Shown: piece after piece, positions 27,593 to 36,580 of the stretch | How the letters are laid out: each line of letters opens with the position of its first letter | Position numbering within the stretch: position 1 is the stretch's first letter | NCBI GenBank assembly: GCA_029881795.1 | Contig: JAOULX010000014.1 | Location: forward strand, 5,209-69,208 | DNA length: 64,000 nt | Reading direction: 5' to 3' | DNA from: Gammaproteobacteria bacterium | GTDB lineage: Bacteria; Pseudomonadota; Gammaproteobacteria; SZUA-229 | Position numbers and translations under genes: made by a program | Notes under the pieces: model-generated | Told to the model about the DNA's origin: nothing | What the model saw: only the letters and a program-made list of their open reading frames with translations | Database searches by the model: none

Positions 27593-28345
27593 CTAATCAG
27601 GTGTTATTTTGTTAATAATATTTGTCAGAGTTTTTTTGCTGGCCTGACTGAGGGGGAGTTCTTGCATGAGCTTAAAGTTACGAATCGAGAAGAAGTTTTG
27701 GCCATCTAAAAGCAGCTCCTCAATGTGCTGTATATGTGATTCTATATTGATGCACCAGTCATTCCAGATCTTTAGTTCTTCAGCAGAACAACAGGCAATT
27801 AGTTCGGGCGTTAATTGTTTAAGCGGGTTTTCAAGAGTGTTAAAAATAAGTCGCCGTATATTGGTTGTTAAAATTTCAAGGCCTTCGAGCTGTCCCTGTT
27901 TGTGTTCGTAGTATTTGTCAGGCGACAGGTTCTGGTTATTAATTGGTTTTAGTGTTTTGCAGGTAATATCAGGTGATTTTTCGTGTGCCATGTTTTCCAG
28001 TAGAGAGATAAGCTCCCACGGAAACTGAGTCTGAAAATAAGACAGGTTGCGGTAAAGCCATTCGGCACCGCGTTTGCGCTTTAATAGATGTTGTAAGCGT
28101 TTCAGGTAGTGAGGCTTGTGGGTAATTATTTTCCTGATGTTCTGCAGCTGAGATTGTGGTGTGCCATCGGAGTAAGAGGTGCTGCCTGAAAGATGAATTT
28201 CATCATCAGGTACACTGGTAAGTAAAATTTCGAGGGTTTCCAGTGATATTTCGGTGCCAGGGTGCGAGGCTTTTTTTAGGGGGCAGTGATCCTGCGATTG
28301 ATATTTGAGCGACTGGAGGGTTCCAGTGTTATCGCTTTTCATCAA
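27593..28345 (-). CDS. hypothetical protein (orphan pair, distal gene)
   Basis: 250-aa ORF whose start overlaps the upstream stop (ATGA). Polar N-terminal third, helical-looking remainder. No motif recognised. Confidence 0.5.
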   Translation of the reverse strand: MMKSDNTGTLQSLKYQSQDHCPLKKASHPGTEISLETLEILLTSVPDDEIHLSGSTSYSDGTPQSQLQNIRKIITHKPHYLKRLQHLLKRKRGAEWLYRNLSYFQTQFPWELISLLENMAHEKSPDITCKTLKPINNQNLSPDKYYEHKQGQLEGLEILTTNIRRLIFNTLENPLKQLTPELIACCSAEELKIWNDWCINIESHIQHIEELLLDGQNFFSIRNFKLMQELPLSQASKKTLTNIINKITPD

Positions 28346-29082
28346 TGCTGTGTCGCGGTCTGATGTCGAAACTTAACCGAGCTTTTTAGCAAAGCTTTTA
28401 TTCGGTTAGTCATTCTGTTCAACATCATGAAATAAAAAACGTTATGTTGAAACAAGTGTTTAATGCGTCCAAGTTGTTCTTGAATCTCTTTATCTTTGGC
28501 TAAACGACAGAGTTTGTCAAATGTTTTTATATTTAAAAATCGATGCGCAGATTTAATCTGATTAAATTGCGGTGACAATTCATAGCGCCATTCGCCTCGC
28601 GTCTGATCGTGAAGTGGATCTGGAGAAACTTTTAATACGGAGTTTAAAAGAGAATAAAGCAGTTCATTAACTAAACTGTAAAAGTTTTGACTGATGATGT
28701 GGCTGTATTTAATGGCTGCGATATTGCTGGTTGAAGTATGCACTAATTGAGGCAGTACCTGATCAGGGCAGTGTAGTTTAAATTTACAGAGACGAGAATT
28801 AATCAAGACAGCGGCATTGTCATTTAATAAGTGATTAATTTTTTTGCGCGGTAGTGTCTGTTTTTCTAAGCACTCAGAAATGAGTAGGTTTTGCTGTTGT
28901 TTACCAATAGCTGTATCAAAAGTATTGGGTTTTGTGCTGTCTGCTATGCTGGAGAGTGAATGATTAAGTTGCTGCATACTGAGTGAATAGCCGTTAATGC
29001 TGGGTGGTGTTGTGTTTTCGGCCGGCGTTGCTGGTACATCGGTTAATCTGGAGGGGCTTGTGCAAATAGTATTTTTTTTCAC
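28342..29082 (-). CDS. hypothetical protein (orphan pair, proximal gene)
   Basis: 246-aa ORF with GTG start. S/T/P-rich N-terminus and helical-looking remainder. No motif recognised. Confidence 0.5.
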   Translation of the reverse strand: MKKNTICTSPSRLTDVPATPAENTTPPSINGYSLSMQQLNHSLSSIADSTKPNTFDTAIGKQQQNLLISECLEKQTLPRKKINHLLNDNAAVLINSRLCKFKLHCPDQVLPQLVHTSTSNIAAIKYSHIISQNFYSLVNELLYSLLNSVLKVSPDPLHDQTRGEWRYELSPQFNQIKSAHRFLNIKTFDKLCRLAKDKEIQEQLGRIKHLFQHNVFYFMMLNRMTNRIKALLKSSVKFRHQTATQH

Positions 29083-29398
29083 CTTGTTTTAGTCTCCATC
29101 GGTGGTGATAAGGACGTTAAAAGTGGCGCTTGCTGTTAGGTGCCTTAGCTTTAATCAGCTTTATATAACTGTTATAAATACATGGTTTTCTACTATAGGT
29201 AGATGATGGTGTGTCTGTCAAGTACAATATGTGGGGGGTGTTGCCTGTGGATAACGTGTTGATGAGTTGTTTGTATGTTGTTGATTATCCAATAGAGAAA
29301 AAATAATAACTGGAGGATCGGACGCTAAGGCGGGTATTTTTAGTTTGGCTGGGCTGGTCGCTATATGTTTCGGCTAGTTTGCTGGATTGGCTTCTGAT

Positions 29399-29833
29399 CT
29401 ATTGTGAGAGCATATAAACAAGATAAATAAGGCTGCATAGTTGTGAAAAATGCACGGCGGTTTGTGTTCTGACTAAGATCAGCGTGATTTGTTGAGGTGA
29501 TCTTTTAAGAGTAACCTCGGTCTTGGCGGACATTTGTTGGCTTTGATGACGTATCGCTGGTAACAAGTGGGTTAGTAATAAGCTATAACTCATGCCCAAT
29601 ATGGCTAGCAGAAATCCTGCTGAACGTGCTTCACCGAGGATAGCAATAATGCCGCTGAGAATTGAGATAAGGGTATTAAAGCGGTAGAAACGCTTAAATA
29701 GTTCGCTGGTTTCGGTATTTTGCGGCCAGTCCTTAAATAAGGCTTGATGAAATAAGCTCAGTAACAAAAAACCACCGATTTGTATGCCGCAACCCGTTGC
29801 TGCAATTAAACGTAAAGATTCATAAATATCCAT
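29399..29833 (-). CDS. small integral membrane protein (about 4 TM)
   Basis: 144 aa with four hydrophobic segments. No motif recognised. Confidence 0.5.
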   Translation of the reverse strand: MDIYESLRLIAATGCGIQIGGFLLLSLFHQALFKDWPQNTETSELFKRFYRFNTLISILSGIIAILGEARSAGFLLAILGMSYSLLLTHLLPAIRHQSQQMSAKTEVTLKRSPQQITLILVRTQTAVHFSQLCSLIYLVYMLSQ

Positions 29834-29983
29834 ACCGAATTGTAACGTATTCAGGGGTCTTGTGGCAGATCGTGCCAGATAACCCCAATGATAATGAAGT
29901 AGAATAAGCTCAGAAATTAGGGCATAGTTAAGTATTGAATTATTTAATATATCTGTCTTTAAATGTAACTGTATAGGTGTAAT

Positions 29984-30352
29984 GTGGCTGTTATTGAACT
30001 GACGAAAGAAAATATAGAAGAAACGATCACATCGAACGAGATTGTATTGATTGATTTCTGGGCTCCCTGGTGCGGCCCTTGTAAATCATTTGCTCCCATT
30101 TATGAAGAAGTGGCGGGAAATAATGATGGCGTTGTTTTTGCAAAAGTAAATACTGAAGATGAGCAGGAGCTGGCTGGGCATTTCCAGATTCGTTCGATTC
30201 CGACGCTAATGATATTTCGTCAGCAAATCGTTCTCTATTCAGAGGCAGGTATGCTGCCTGCGCCTGCGTTGCAGGAAATTGTGGATAAAGTAAAAAGTCT
30301 GGATATGGAGCAGGTTAAGAAGGATATAGAGGCGGAGCAAGCGCAGAGCTGA
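29984..30352 (+). CDS. thioredoxin
   Basis: WAPWCGPCK active site, FQIRSIPTLMIF. 122 aa, GTG start. Confidence 0.85.
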   Translation: MAVIELTKENIEETITSNEIVLIDFWAPWCGPCKSFAPIYEEVAGNNDGVVFAKVNTEDEQELAGHFQIRSIPTLMIFRQQIVLYSEAGMLPAPALQEIVDKVKSLDMEQVKKDIEAEQAQS

Positions 30353-30364
30353 TTGTGTTATTTT

Positions 30365-30407
30365 CAGGCAAAAAAAAGACCGGAAAACCGGTCTTTTTTT
30401 TTGCCTG
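30365..30407. terminator. bidirectional rho-independent terminator
   Basis: CAGGC-A8-GACCGG aaaa CCGGTC-T9-GCCTG. The stem is followed by a T-run on both strands, between convergent thioredoxin and adk. Confidence 0.8.
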
Positions 30408-30418
30408 AAAAAGATGCT

Positions 30419-31804
30419 TTAAACTTTTGGTAGTTTCTTCAGGGCGTCTTTTTCCCATTTGGACATGAATGCCTGCAGTGCTTTTCCACCATCGGCTAGC
30501 AGCTTGGTCAGCTGGTCGACGTTTTTAGTGACTTGTTTGAGTTCTTCTTTGCTGCGTTTCAGTGTTTCACGCGCTTCTTTGATTTGAGCTTGCATCGTTT
30601 TTGCCTGAACAGCCGGTTTTGCAGCTTTTTTCTTGGTAATTTTTTTCTTAGCCGCTGTCTTTTTAGGGCTGGCTTTTACAGCTGGCTTTTTAGCGGCTTT
30701 AGGTTTTGCTTTAGTCGCAGCCTTGACAGCAGTTTTCTTGCTGGTGGTAGGCTTGGCTTGGGCTGTTGTTGTCGGTTTTGCTGCTGCCTGAGGCTTGCTT
30801 GCAGGAGTTGTTGTGGTTGCAGGTTTAGAAGCTGCTGGCATTGCGGGCTTTGAAACCACTGCTGCTGGCTTGGCTGCCGCCGGTGTGTTCGACATAAAGC
30901 CCTGTGAGCTGCTGCTTTGTGCTGGTGCAGAAGATCCAAATGAGGGTTTTGCTGGCACGGCCGGCTTATTGTAAGACGGTGTTGATGTAGGCGCTGCAGC
31001 TGGAGTGCTGGCTGATGGTGTGCTGCTAGCAGGTGTTGACTGGGAAGAGTTGCTGTCAACTTCAGGTTTATTATTATTGAAACTGTTTGACTTCTCGTCA
31101 TTCATTGCTTTTTCCCCACCTGGTGGTGTACTTGTTTTGATTGAACTGTCCATTGTACGAACATCTTTGAGCGCCGCAAGTAGATGTTTAAAAATATTGT
31201 TTATTTCACCCTGACCTTCAATGATTTTAAGTTTATTTTGTGCTTTATAGTAGTTTATTAGCGGCATTGTTTGCGCTTCATAGACCCGAATACGGTTTGC
31301 AATCGTCTCTTCATTATCATCACTTCGGTGGTGTAGCTCAGCGCCACAATTGTCGCACTGATTATCCAGAATCGGCGGCTTTGTGTAGATATTAAAGGCG
31401 GAGCCGCATGCTTCACAACTCATGCGACCACTGAGTCTTTCCATCAGGTTATCAAAATCGACTTGTATCAGACAGGTGCAGTCGATGGGCAGATGTAGCT
31501 CGTCGAGTAATTGGTTGAGTTGGTCGGCTTGGTCGAGGTTGCGGGGAAAACCATCTAAAATAAAGCCGTTAGTTGCGTCTGCTTGGTTAAGTCGTTCCTG
31601 AATCATGCCTAGAACGATCTTGTTAGAAACCAGCTGACCTGCATCCATGGCGGCTTTGGCTTGTCTTCCCAGCGCTGTTTGATTTTTTACTGCGATGCGC
31701 AGCAGATCACCGGTAGAAATCTGAGGTATCTTGTAGTGTTCGGCCAGTTTGATGGCTTGTGTGCCTTTGCCCGAGCCCGGTGCTCCTAATAATACGATCC
31801 TCAT
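30419..31804 (-). CDS. adk: adenylate kinase fused to a long low-complexity C-terminal extension
   Basis: Residues 1-214 are a complete Adk (GAPGSGKGTQ, DGFPR, Cys4 LID CEAC..CDNC). The ORF continues uninterrupted to residue 461. Confidence 0.85.
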   Translation of the reverse strand: MRIVLLGAPGSGKGTQAIKLAEHYKIPQISTGDLLRIAVKNQTALGRQAKAAMDAGQLVSNKIVLGMIQERLNQADATNGFILDGFPRNLDQADQLNQLLDELHLPIDCTCLIQVDFDNLMERLSGRMSCEACGSAFNIYTKPPILDNQCDNCGAELHHRSDDNEETIANRIRVYEAQTMPLINYYKAQNKLKIIEGQGEINNIFKHLLAALKDVRTMDSSIKTSTPPGGEKAMNDEKSNSFNNNKPEVDSNSSQSTPASSTPSASTPAAAPTSTPSYNKPAVPAKPSFGSSAPAQSSSSQGFMSNTPAAAKPAAVVSKPAMPAASKPATTTTPASKPQAAAKPTTTAQAKPTTSKKTAVKAATKAKPKAAKKPAVKASPKKTAAKKKITKKKAAKPAVQAKTMQAQIKEARETLKRSKEELKQVTKNVDQLTKLLADGGKALQAFMSKWEKDALKKLPKV

Positions 31805-32001
31805 GATCTAAGATTCCCCATGGTTTTCTGTTTGTTTATATTTTTAGTATCTGTGGATTTTAGTCAAAGCCCGGTTAAAGTCGATAGTAAGATTGGCTTT
31901 TTTTGGCATTTTTAGTAAATATTTCTTATCCGTGGCGTACTTCTGCCGGCTGATAACGAGTATAATTCCTAACGTTTACAGTTATAACCAAGGTTAAATG
32001 A

Positions 32002-32547
32002 ATGAATTTAGAACATATTCCACTGGGCGAGAATGTACCAGACATTATTAATGTTGCGATTGAAATACCAGCCCATGGTGCTCCGGTTAAATACGAAGTA
32101 GATAAAGACTTTCGTGCATTAATTGTTGACCGCTTTATGGGTACCGCTATGTTCTATCCCTGTAACTACGGTTTTGTGCCGCATACCTTGTCGGATGATG
32201 GTGATCCGGTCGATGTGCTGGTTATTACTCCGGTGCCAGTAATTAGCGGATCTGTGATTGCCTGCCGTCCGGTTGCTGTCCTTAAAATGACAGATGAAGC
32301 CGGAGAGGATTCAAAGGTATTGGCTGTGCCTACAGATAAACTGACGCCGCTGTACAGTAAGGTTAACGGTCCGGAAGATTTACCGCAGGAATTGCTGGCA
32401 CAAATTTCCCATTTCTTCGAGCAATACAAAGCGCTGGAGCCGGGCAAATGGGTCAAGGTTGATGGCTGGCATGATGCAGAAGAGGCCAAAGAAGAAATCG
32501 TGACCAGTATCGATCGATATAACCAGCTGCACGGAATCACTGACTGA
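32002..32547 (+). CDS. ppa: inorganic pyrophosphatase (family I)
   Basis: 181 aa with KYE.DK, YP.NYGF.P.T..DDGDP.DVLV motifs. Confidence 0.92.
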   Translation: MNLEHIPLGENVPDIINVAIEIPAHGAPVKYEVDKDFRALIVDRFMGTAMFYPCNYGFVPHTLSDDGDPVDVLVITPVPVISGSVIACRPVAVLKMTDEAGEDSKVLAVPTDKLTPLYSKVNGPEDLPQELLAQISHFFEQYKALEPGKWVKVDGWHDAEEAKEEIVTSIDRYNQLHGITD

Positions 32548-32609
32548 TAGATATTGTGATTTTGAATAGAAGATTGTTGATCAAATGCCAGTAGCGGGGG
32601 ATTGAAGTA

Positions 32610-34472
32610 ATGATGTCCCGGACGCTGATTAAAGACCTTTACAAGGAAGCTCGGATATTTAATATCCGAGCTATCATAGCTGCATTGGTGGCTGTTATTT
32701 TAGTGAGCTTGCTGTGGGGGCGGTTGTTTCAGTTGCAAATAACCGAGCATGCTCATTTTGATACGTTATCGAATAATAATCGTGTGCGTCTGATGTCAAC
32801 CGAGCCTAATCGAGGCTTGATTTATGATCGCAATGGAATGGTGCTGGCGGAAAACAGGCCGACCTTCAGCCTGGATATCATCCCGGAAGAAGTCGGTCAG
32901 CTGGATCAGACCCTGGAAGAGCTGAAAAGCCTGATTACGATCAGTGACAACGACATTCGAAGTTTTAATAAAACCTTAAAAAGACGCAAACCGTTTCAAA
33001 GTGTATCCCTGAGGTCAAATCTCAGTGAAAAGGAAGTGGCTGTTCTGGCGGTCAACCGTTATCGCTTTCCCGGTGTGGATTTCAAAACAAAGTTAACCCG
33101 TTATTATCCCATGGGCAGTAGCGCGGTCCACGTACTGGGCTATGTTGGTCGAATTGATGAAGATGAATTACAAAATGTTGATGCATCCCAGTACAACGGT
33201 TCCAGTTCGATCGGAAAGATCGGCATAGAAAGCTATTACGAGAAAGAACTACGAGGTCAGCGAGGCTACCAGAAAGTTGAGGTCAATGTGCAGGGGCGAG
33301 TGCTTAGAGTGCTCGAGGAAACGCCACCGATAGCCGGTAAAGATTTGATATTAAGCATCGATGCGGGTTTGCAATCTACCGCAGAATACGCGATGGGAAA
33401 TAACAGTGGTGCAATGGTTGCGATAGAGCCAGAAACCGGCGAGGTGTTGGCAATGGTGAGCATGCCATTATACGACCCCAACCTTTTTGTTCATGGTATA
33501 TCAAATAAAGCCTATAAAATCCTGCAAAACACGGGGCGGCGTCCGCAGTTTAATCGGGCCTTATCAGGGCAGTATCCGCCTGGCTCGATAATGAAACCAT
33601 TTATAGGTCTCGGTGGGCTGGATGCATCAGTGGTAGGGGTCAATGAAGAGATATTTTGTGAAGGTTATTTCATGTTACCGAATGAAGAAAGAAGATATCG
33701 GGACTGGAAAAGAACCGGGCACTTAGACACCACAATGAAAAAAGCGCTGGCTGAATCCTGTGATGTTTATTTTTATCAGCTAGCTTATCTTATGGGTATA
33801 GACAGAATTTCCAGTTTCTTAAATCAATTTGGTTTTGGCAAAAGAATGGGGATCGATACCACCAGTGAGCAGTCGGGGTTGTTGCCATCACGAGAATGGA
33901 AACAAAAAACCAAAAAGACCATCTGGTATCCTGGTGAAACACTGATTACCGGGATTGGTCAGGGTTATATGCTGGCAACGCCGTTGCAAATGGCTGCGGC
34001 AACCGCGACTTTGGCGATGCGTGGTCAGCGCAAGCAGCCGCATTTGTTAAAATCCAGCCGGGATAATCAAACGGGAGAAACGGTGGCATATCAGCCGCCA
34101 GAACTGAAACCGGTCACTATAAAGTCTAACCGGCACTGGTCGAATATCATTGCCGGCATGAAAGAAGTGGTACATGGCAGCCATGGCACGGCAAGGGCGC
34201 TGGGTCATAGCCTGACCTATCAAATGGCCGGTAAGACCGGAACCGCACAGGTTTATGGTATTGCACAGGGTGAGGTCTATGATGAAGAGGGGTTGGCCTT
34301 AAAATTACGAGATCATGCGTTATTTTCCGCTTTTGCACCGATACGAAAACCACGTATTGCAGCGGCTATCATTATTGAAAATGGTGGCAGCGGCGGACAC
34401 GTTGCCGCACCGATAGCCAAACAAGTATTCGATCATTACATACATAAGAATTACGGTAACCATGCGCGCTGA
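32610..34472 (+). CDS. mrdA: penicillin-binding protein 2 (elongasome transpeptidase)
   Basis: 620 aa with RGLIYDRNG, the active-site serine SxxK box, and KTGTAQ motifs. Followed by rodA. Confidence 0.9.
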   Translation: MMSRTLIKDLYKEARIFNIRAIIAALVAVILVSLLWGRLFQLQITEHAHFDTLSNNNRVRLMSTEPNRGLIYDRNGMVLAENRPTFSLDIIPEEVGQLDQTLEELKSLITISDNDIRSFNKTLKRRKPFQSVSLRSNLSEKEVAVLAVNRYRFPGVDFKTKLTRYYPMGSSAVHVLGYVGRIDEDELQNVDASQYNGSSSIGKIGIESYYEKELRGQRGYQKVEVNVQGRVLRVLEETPPIAGKDLILSIDAGLQSTAEYAMGNNSGAMVAIEPETGEVLAMVSMPLYDPNLFVHGISNKAYKILQNTGRRPQFNRALSGQYPPGSIMKPFIGLGGLDASVVGVNEEIFCEGYFMLPNEERRYRDWKRTGHLDTTMKKALAESCDVYFYQLAYLMGIDRISSFLNQFGFGKRMGIDTTSEQSGLLPSREWKQKTKKTIWYPGETLITGIGQGYMLATPLQMAAATATLAMRGQRKQPHLLKSSRDNQTGETVAYQPPELKPVTIKSNRHWSNIIAGMKEVVHGSHGTARALGHSLTYQMAGKTGTAQVYGIAQGEVYDEEGLALKLRDHALFSAFAPIRKPRIAAAIIIENGGSGGHVAAPIAKQVFDHYIHKNYGNHAR

Positions 34473-35583
34473 TTATTTTGAATCAAATGACACCGGACGA
34501 CTAAAACTCTTTCAGTCGCTTCGACTCGACCCGCCTTTGACCATGGCCTTGTTATTGCTGACCGCCTGTGGCCTGGGAATACTTTACAGTGCGGGCAGTC
34601 AAAACATTGATCTGATATTTCGCCAGCTGACCCGTCTCTCACTGGCTTTTGGTGTGATGGTGTTAATGGCACAAATTCCACCGCAAAATTTCCGTTTATG
34701 GGCGCCTTGGATATTTTTGCTGGGTATTGTCTTGCTGACCTCGGTACTGGTGTTTGGTGATGTGGGTAAAGGAGCTAAACGCTGGCTCGATTTTGGGGTT
34801 GTCAGATTCCAGCCATCTGAAATGATGAAATTAGCCGCGCCGATGATGGTGGCCTGGTTTTTAGCTGACAAGCCATTGCCACCCAGTTTTAAACACCTAG
34901 CTGTGGCGCTGATTCTGGTCATTATGCCAACCATGCTGATTGCTAAACAACCTGATTTGGGTACCTCTTTACTGATTGCGGCGGCAGGTTTTTTTGTGAT
35001 TTATTTTGCCGGTTTAAAATGGCGGGTACTGGCCGGATTTGCTGTTCTTGTCGCAGCGATGACGCCACTGGTATGGCATTATATGCATGACTATCAACGG
35101 CGCCGTGTTTTGACCTTTTTAAACCCTGAAAATGATCCATTGGGCTCGGGTTACCATATTATTCAGTCAAAAATAGCGATTGGCTCGGGTGGTTTGTACG
35201 GCAAAGGCTGGCTCAATGGTACTCAGTCACATCTGGATTTTCTACCGGAGCGCTCAACCGATTTTATATTTGCCGTTTTTGCAGAGGAATTTGGCTTCAT
35301 AGGCGTTATTGTGCTGCTGGCGCTGTATGTATTTATTGTTATTCGTGGTCTGGTAATCGCATCTCAGGCACAAGACAGTTTCGGGCGTTTACTGGCAGGC
35401 AGTTTAAGTCTGACTTTTCTGGTATATTTATTCGTTAATGTAGGTATGGTTTCCGGGCTGCTCCCGGTAGTTGGTGTGCCTTTACCACTGGTCAGTTATG
35501 GGGGAACCTCAATGGTGACCTTAATGGCTGGATTCGGTATGCTGATGTCAATACAGTCACATCGAAGGCTTTTGAGACAATAG
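34462..35583 (+). CDS. mrdB: SEDS peptidoglycan polymerase RodA
   Basis: 373 aa polytopic protein with QPSE..K, PDLGT, TDFIFAV..EE.GF, VGVPLPLVSYGG motifs. Overlaps the mrdA end. Confidence 0.9.
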   Translation: MRADYFESNDTGRLKLFQSLRLDPPLTMALLLLTACGLGILYSAGSQNIDLIFRQLTRLSLAFGVMVLMAQIPPQNFRLWAPWIFLLGIVLLTSVLVFGDVGKGAKRWLDFGVVRFQPSEMMKLAAPMMVAWFLADKPLPPSFKHLAVALILVIMPTMLIAKQPDLGTSLLIAAAGFFVIYFAGLKWRVLAGFAVLVAAMTPLVWHYMHDYQRRRVLTFLNPENDPLGSGYHIIQSKIAIGSGGLYGKGWLNGTQSHLDFLPERSTDFIFAVFAEEFGFIGVIVLLALYVFIVIRGLVIASQAQDSFGRLLAGSLSLTFLVYLFVNVGMVSGLLPVVGVPLPLVSYGGTSMVTLMAGFGMLMSIQSHRRLLRQ

Positions 35584-35588
35584 AGATA

Positions 35589-36578
35589 ATGAAATTAATT
35601 AAAAAGAATGGTTTATTAATGCTTTGCATGATGTTGTTGGTCGTTAATGTCAGTGCAGAGACTTCCTATTGGCAGCGTCCGGTGGTCAAGGCTTTCATTG
35701 ATGAAATGGTTAAAAAGTACGACTTTGATAAAGACGAGCTGGTTAACTGGTTTTCAGCTTCGCAAAAGCGCCAGTCTATCATTGATGCGATGATGCGACC
35801 GGCAGAAGCCAAACCATGGAAACAGTACCGGCCAATATTCTTAACCGATAAGCGGATTACCAAAGGTGTGGCGTTCTGGCAAAAGAATCGGGATTTATTA
35901 GCTAAGGCTGAGGCGCAGTTCGGGGTGCCAGCCGAAATTATTGTTGCCATTATTGGGGTTGAAACCTATTACGGCAGACAAATCGGGCGTTATCCGGTGA
36001 TAGATGCGCTGGCAACGCTGGGTTTTGATTACCCGCCCAGAGCGAGTTTTTTTAAGAAAGAACTAGAACAGTTTTTATTGCTGGCTAGAGATGAAAAACT
36101 GGCAATGAATCAGACTCTGGGATCATACGCCGGAGCAATGGGTATGGGGCAGTTTATACCCAGTAGTTACCGACGTTATGCGGTTGATTTTGATAATGAT
36201 GGTCAGCGCAATCTATGGACGACATCTGATGCGATTGGCAGTGTCGCCAATTATTTCAAGCGACATGGCTGGCGTGAAGGCGAACAGGTAATTGTCAGGG
36301 CTGATGCCAATGGCCGTAAACACCAAGCGGAAGGTCGAATGATGAAACCTCATCGGTCCGTCGAAAGTTTCAGAGATCAGGGTTTGAGTTTTGAGAAAAA
36401 CATTACAACAAAAAATGATCAGGCTGTATTGGTAAAACTCAACGGCAAAGAGGGTTCGGAATACTGGATTGGATTGCATAACTTTTATGTTATCAGTCGC
36501 TACAATCACAGCCCAAAATATTCGATGGCTGTGTTTCAATTAAGTCAGGAAATTAAACACCGGATGCAAGGGCGATAG
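35589..36578 (+). CDS. mltB: lytic murein transglycosylase B
   Basis: FGVPAEIIVAIIGVETYYG, FDYPPRASFF, GAMGMGQFIPSS motifs. Confidence 0.85.
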   Translation: MKLIKKNGLLMLCMMLLVVNVSAETSYWQRPVVKAFIDEMVKKYDFDKDELVNWFSASQKRQSIIDAMMRPAEAKPWKQYRPIFLTDKRITKGVAFWQKNRDLLAKAEAQFGVPAEIIVAIIGVETYYGRQIGRYPVIDALATLGFDYPPRASFFKKELEQFLLLARDEKLAMNQTLGSYAGAMGMGQFIPSSYRRYAVDFDNDGQRNLWTTSDAIGSVANYFKRHGWREGEQVIVRADANGRKHQAEGRMMKPHRSVESFRDQGLSFEKNITTKNDQAVLVKLNGKEGSEYWIGLHNFYVISRYNHSPKYSMAVFQLSQEIKHRMQGR

Positions 36579-36580
36579 TA

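Noticed and set aside
27593-29082. The two orphan proteins as tandem paralogues, or as a toxin-antitoxin pair.
   Set aside because: The only shared string (RGEW.Y.LS..F.Q) occurs at non-collinear positions, about residue 160 versus about residue 92. At ~250 aa each with no known toxin motif, they do not fit type II TA systems.
29203-29262. 19-codon Cys-rich micro-ORF MMVCLSSTICGGCCLWITC on the plus strand of the leader.
   Set aside because: The TGT/TGC codons are a by-product of the GT-rich tract. It has only a weak AGG 3 nt upstream and is antisense to the likely leader transcript.
30533-31101. ORFs 30533..30853 (+) and 30676..31101 (-) inside the adk tail.
   Set aside because: They are alternative-frame or antisense reading frames kept open by the low-complexity GC-rich repeats of the tail. 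Their Cys/Arg/Leu- or Gln/Leu-rich products look non-biological.
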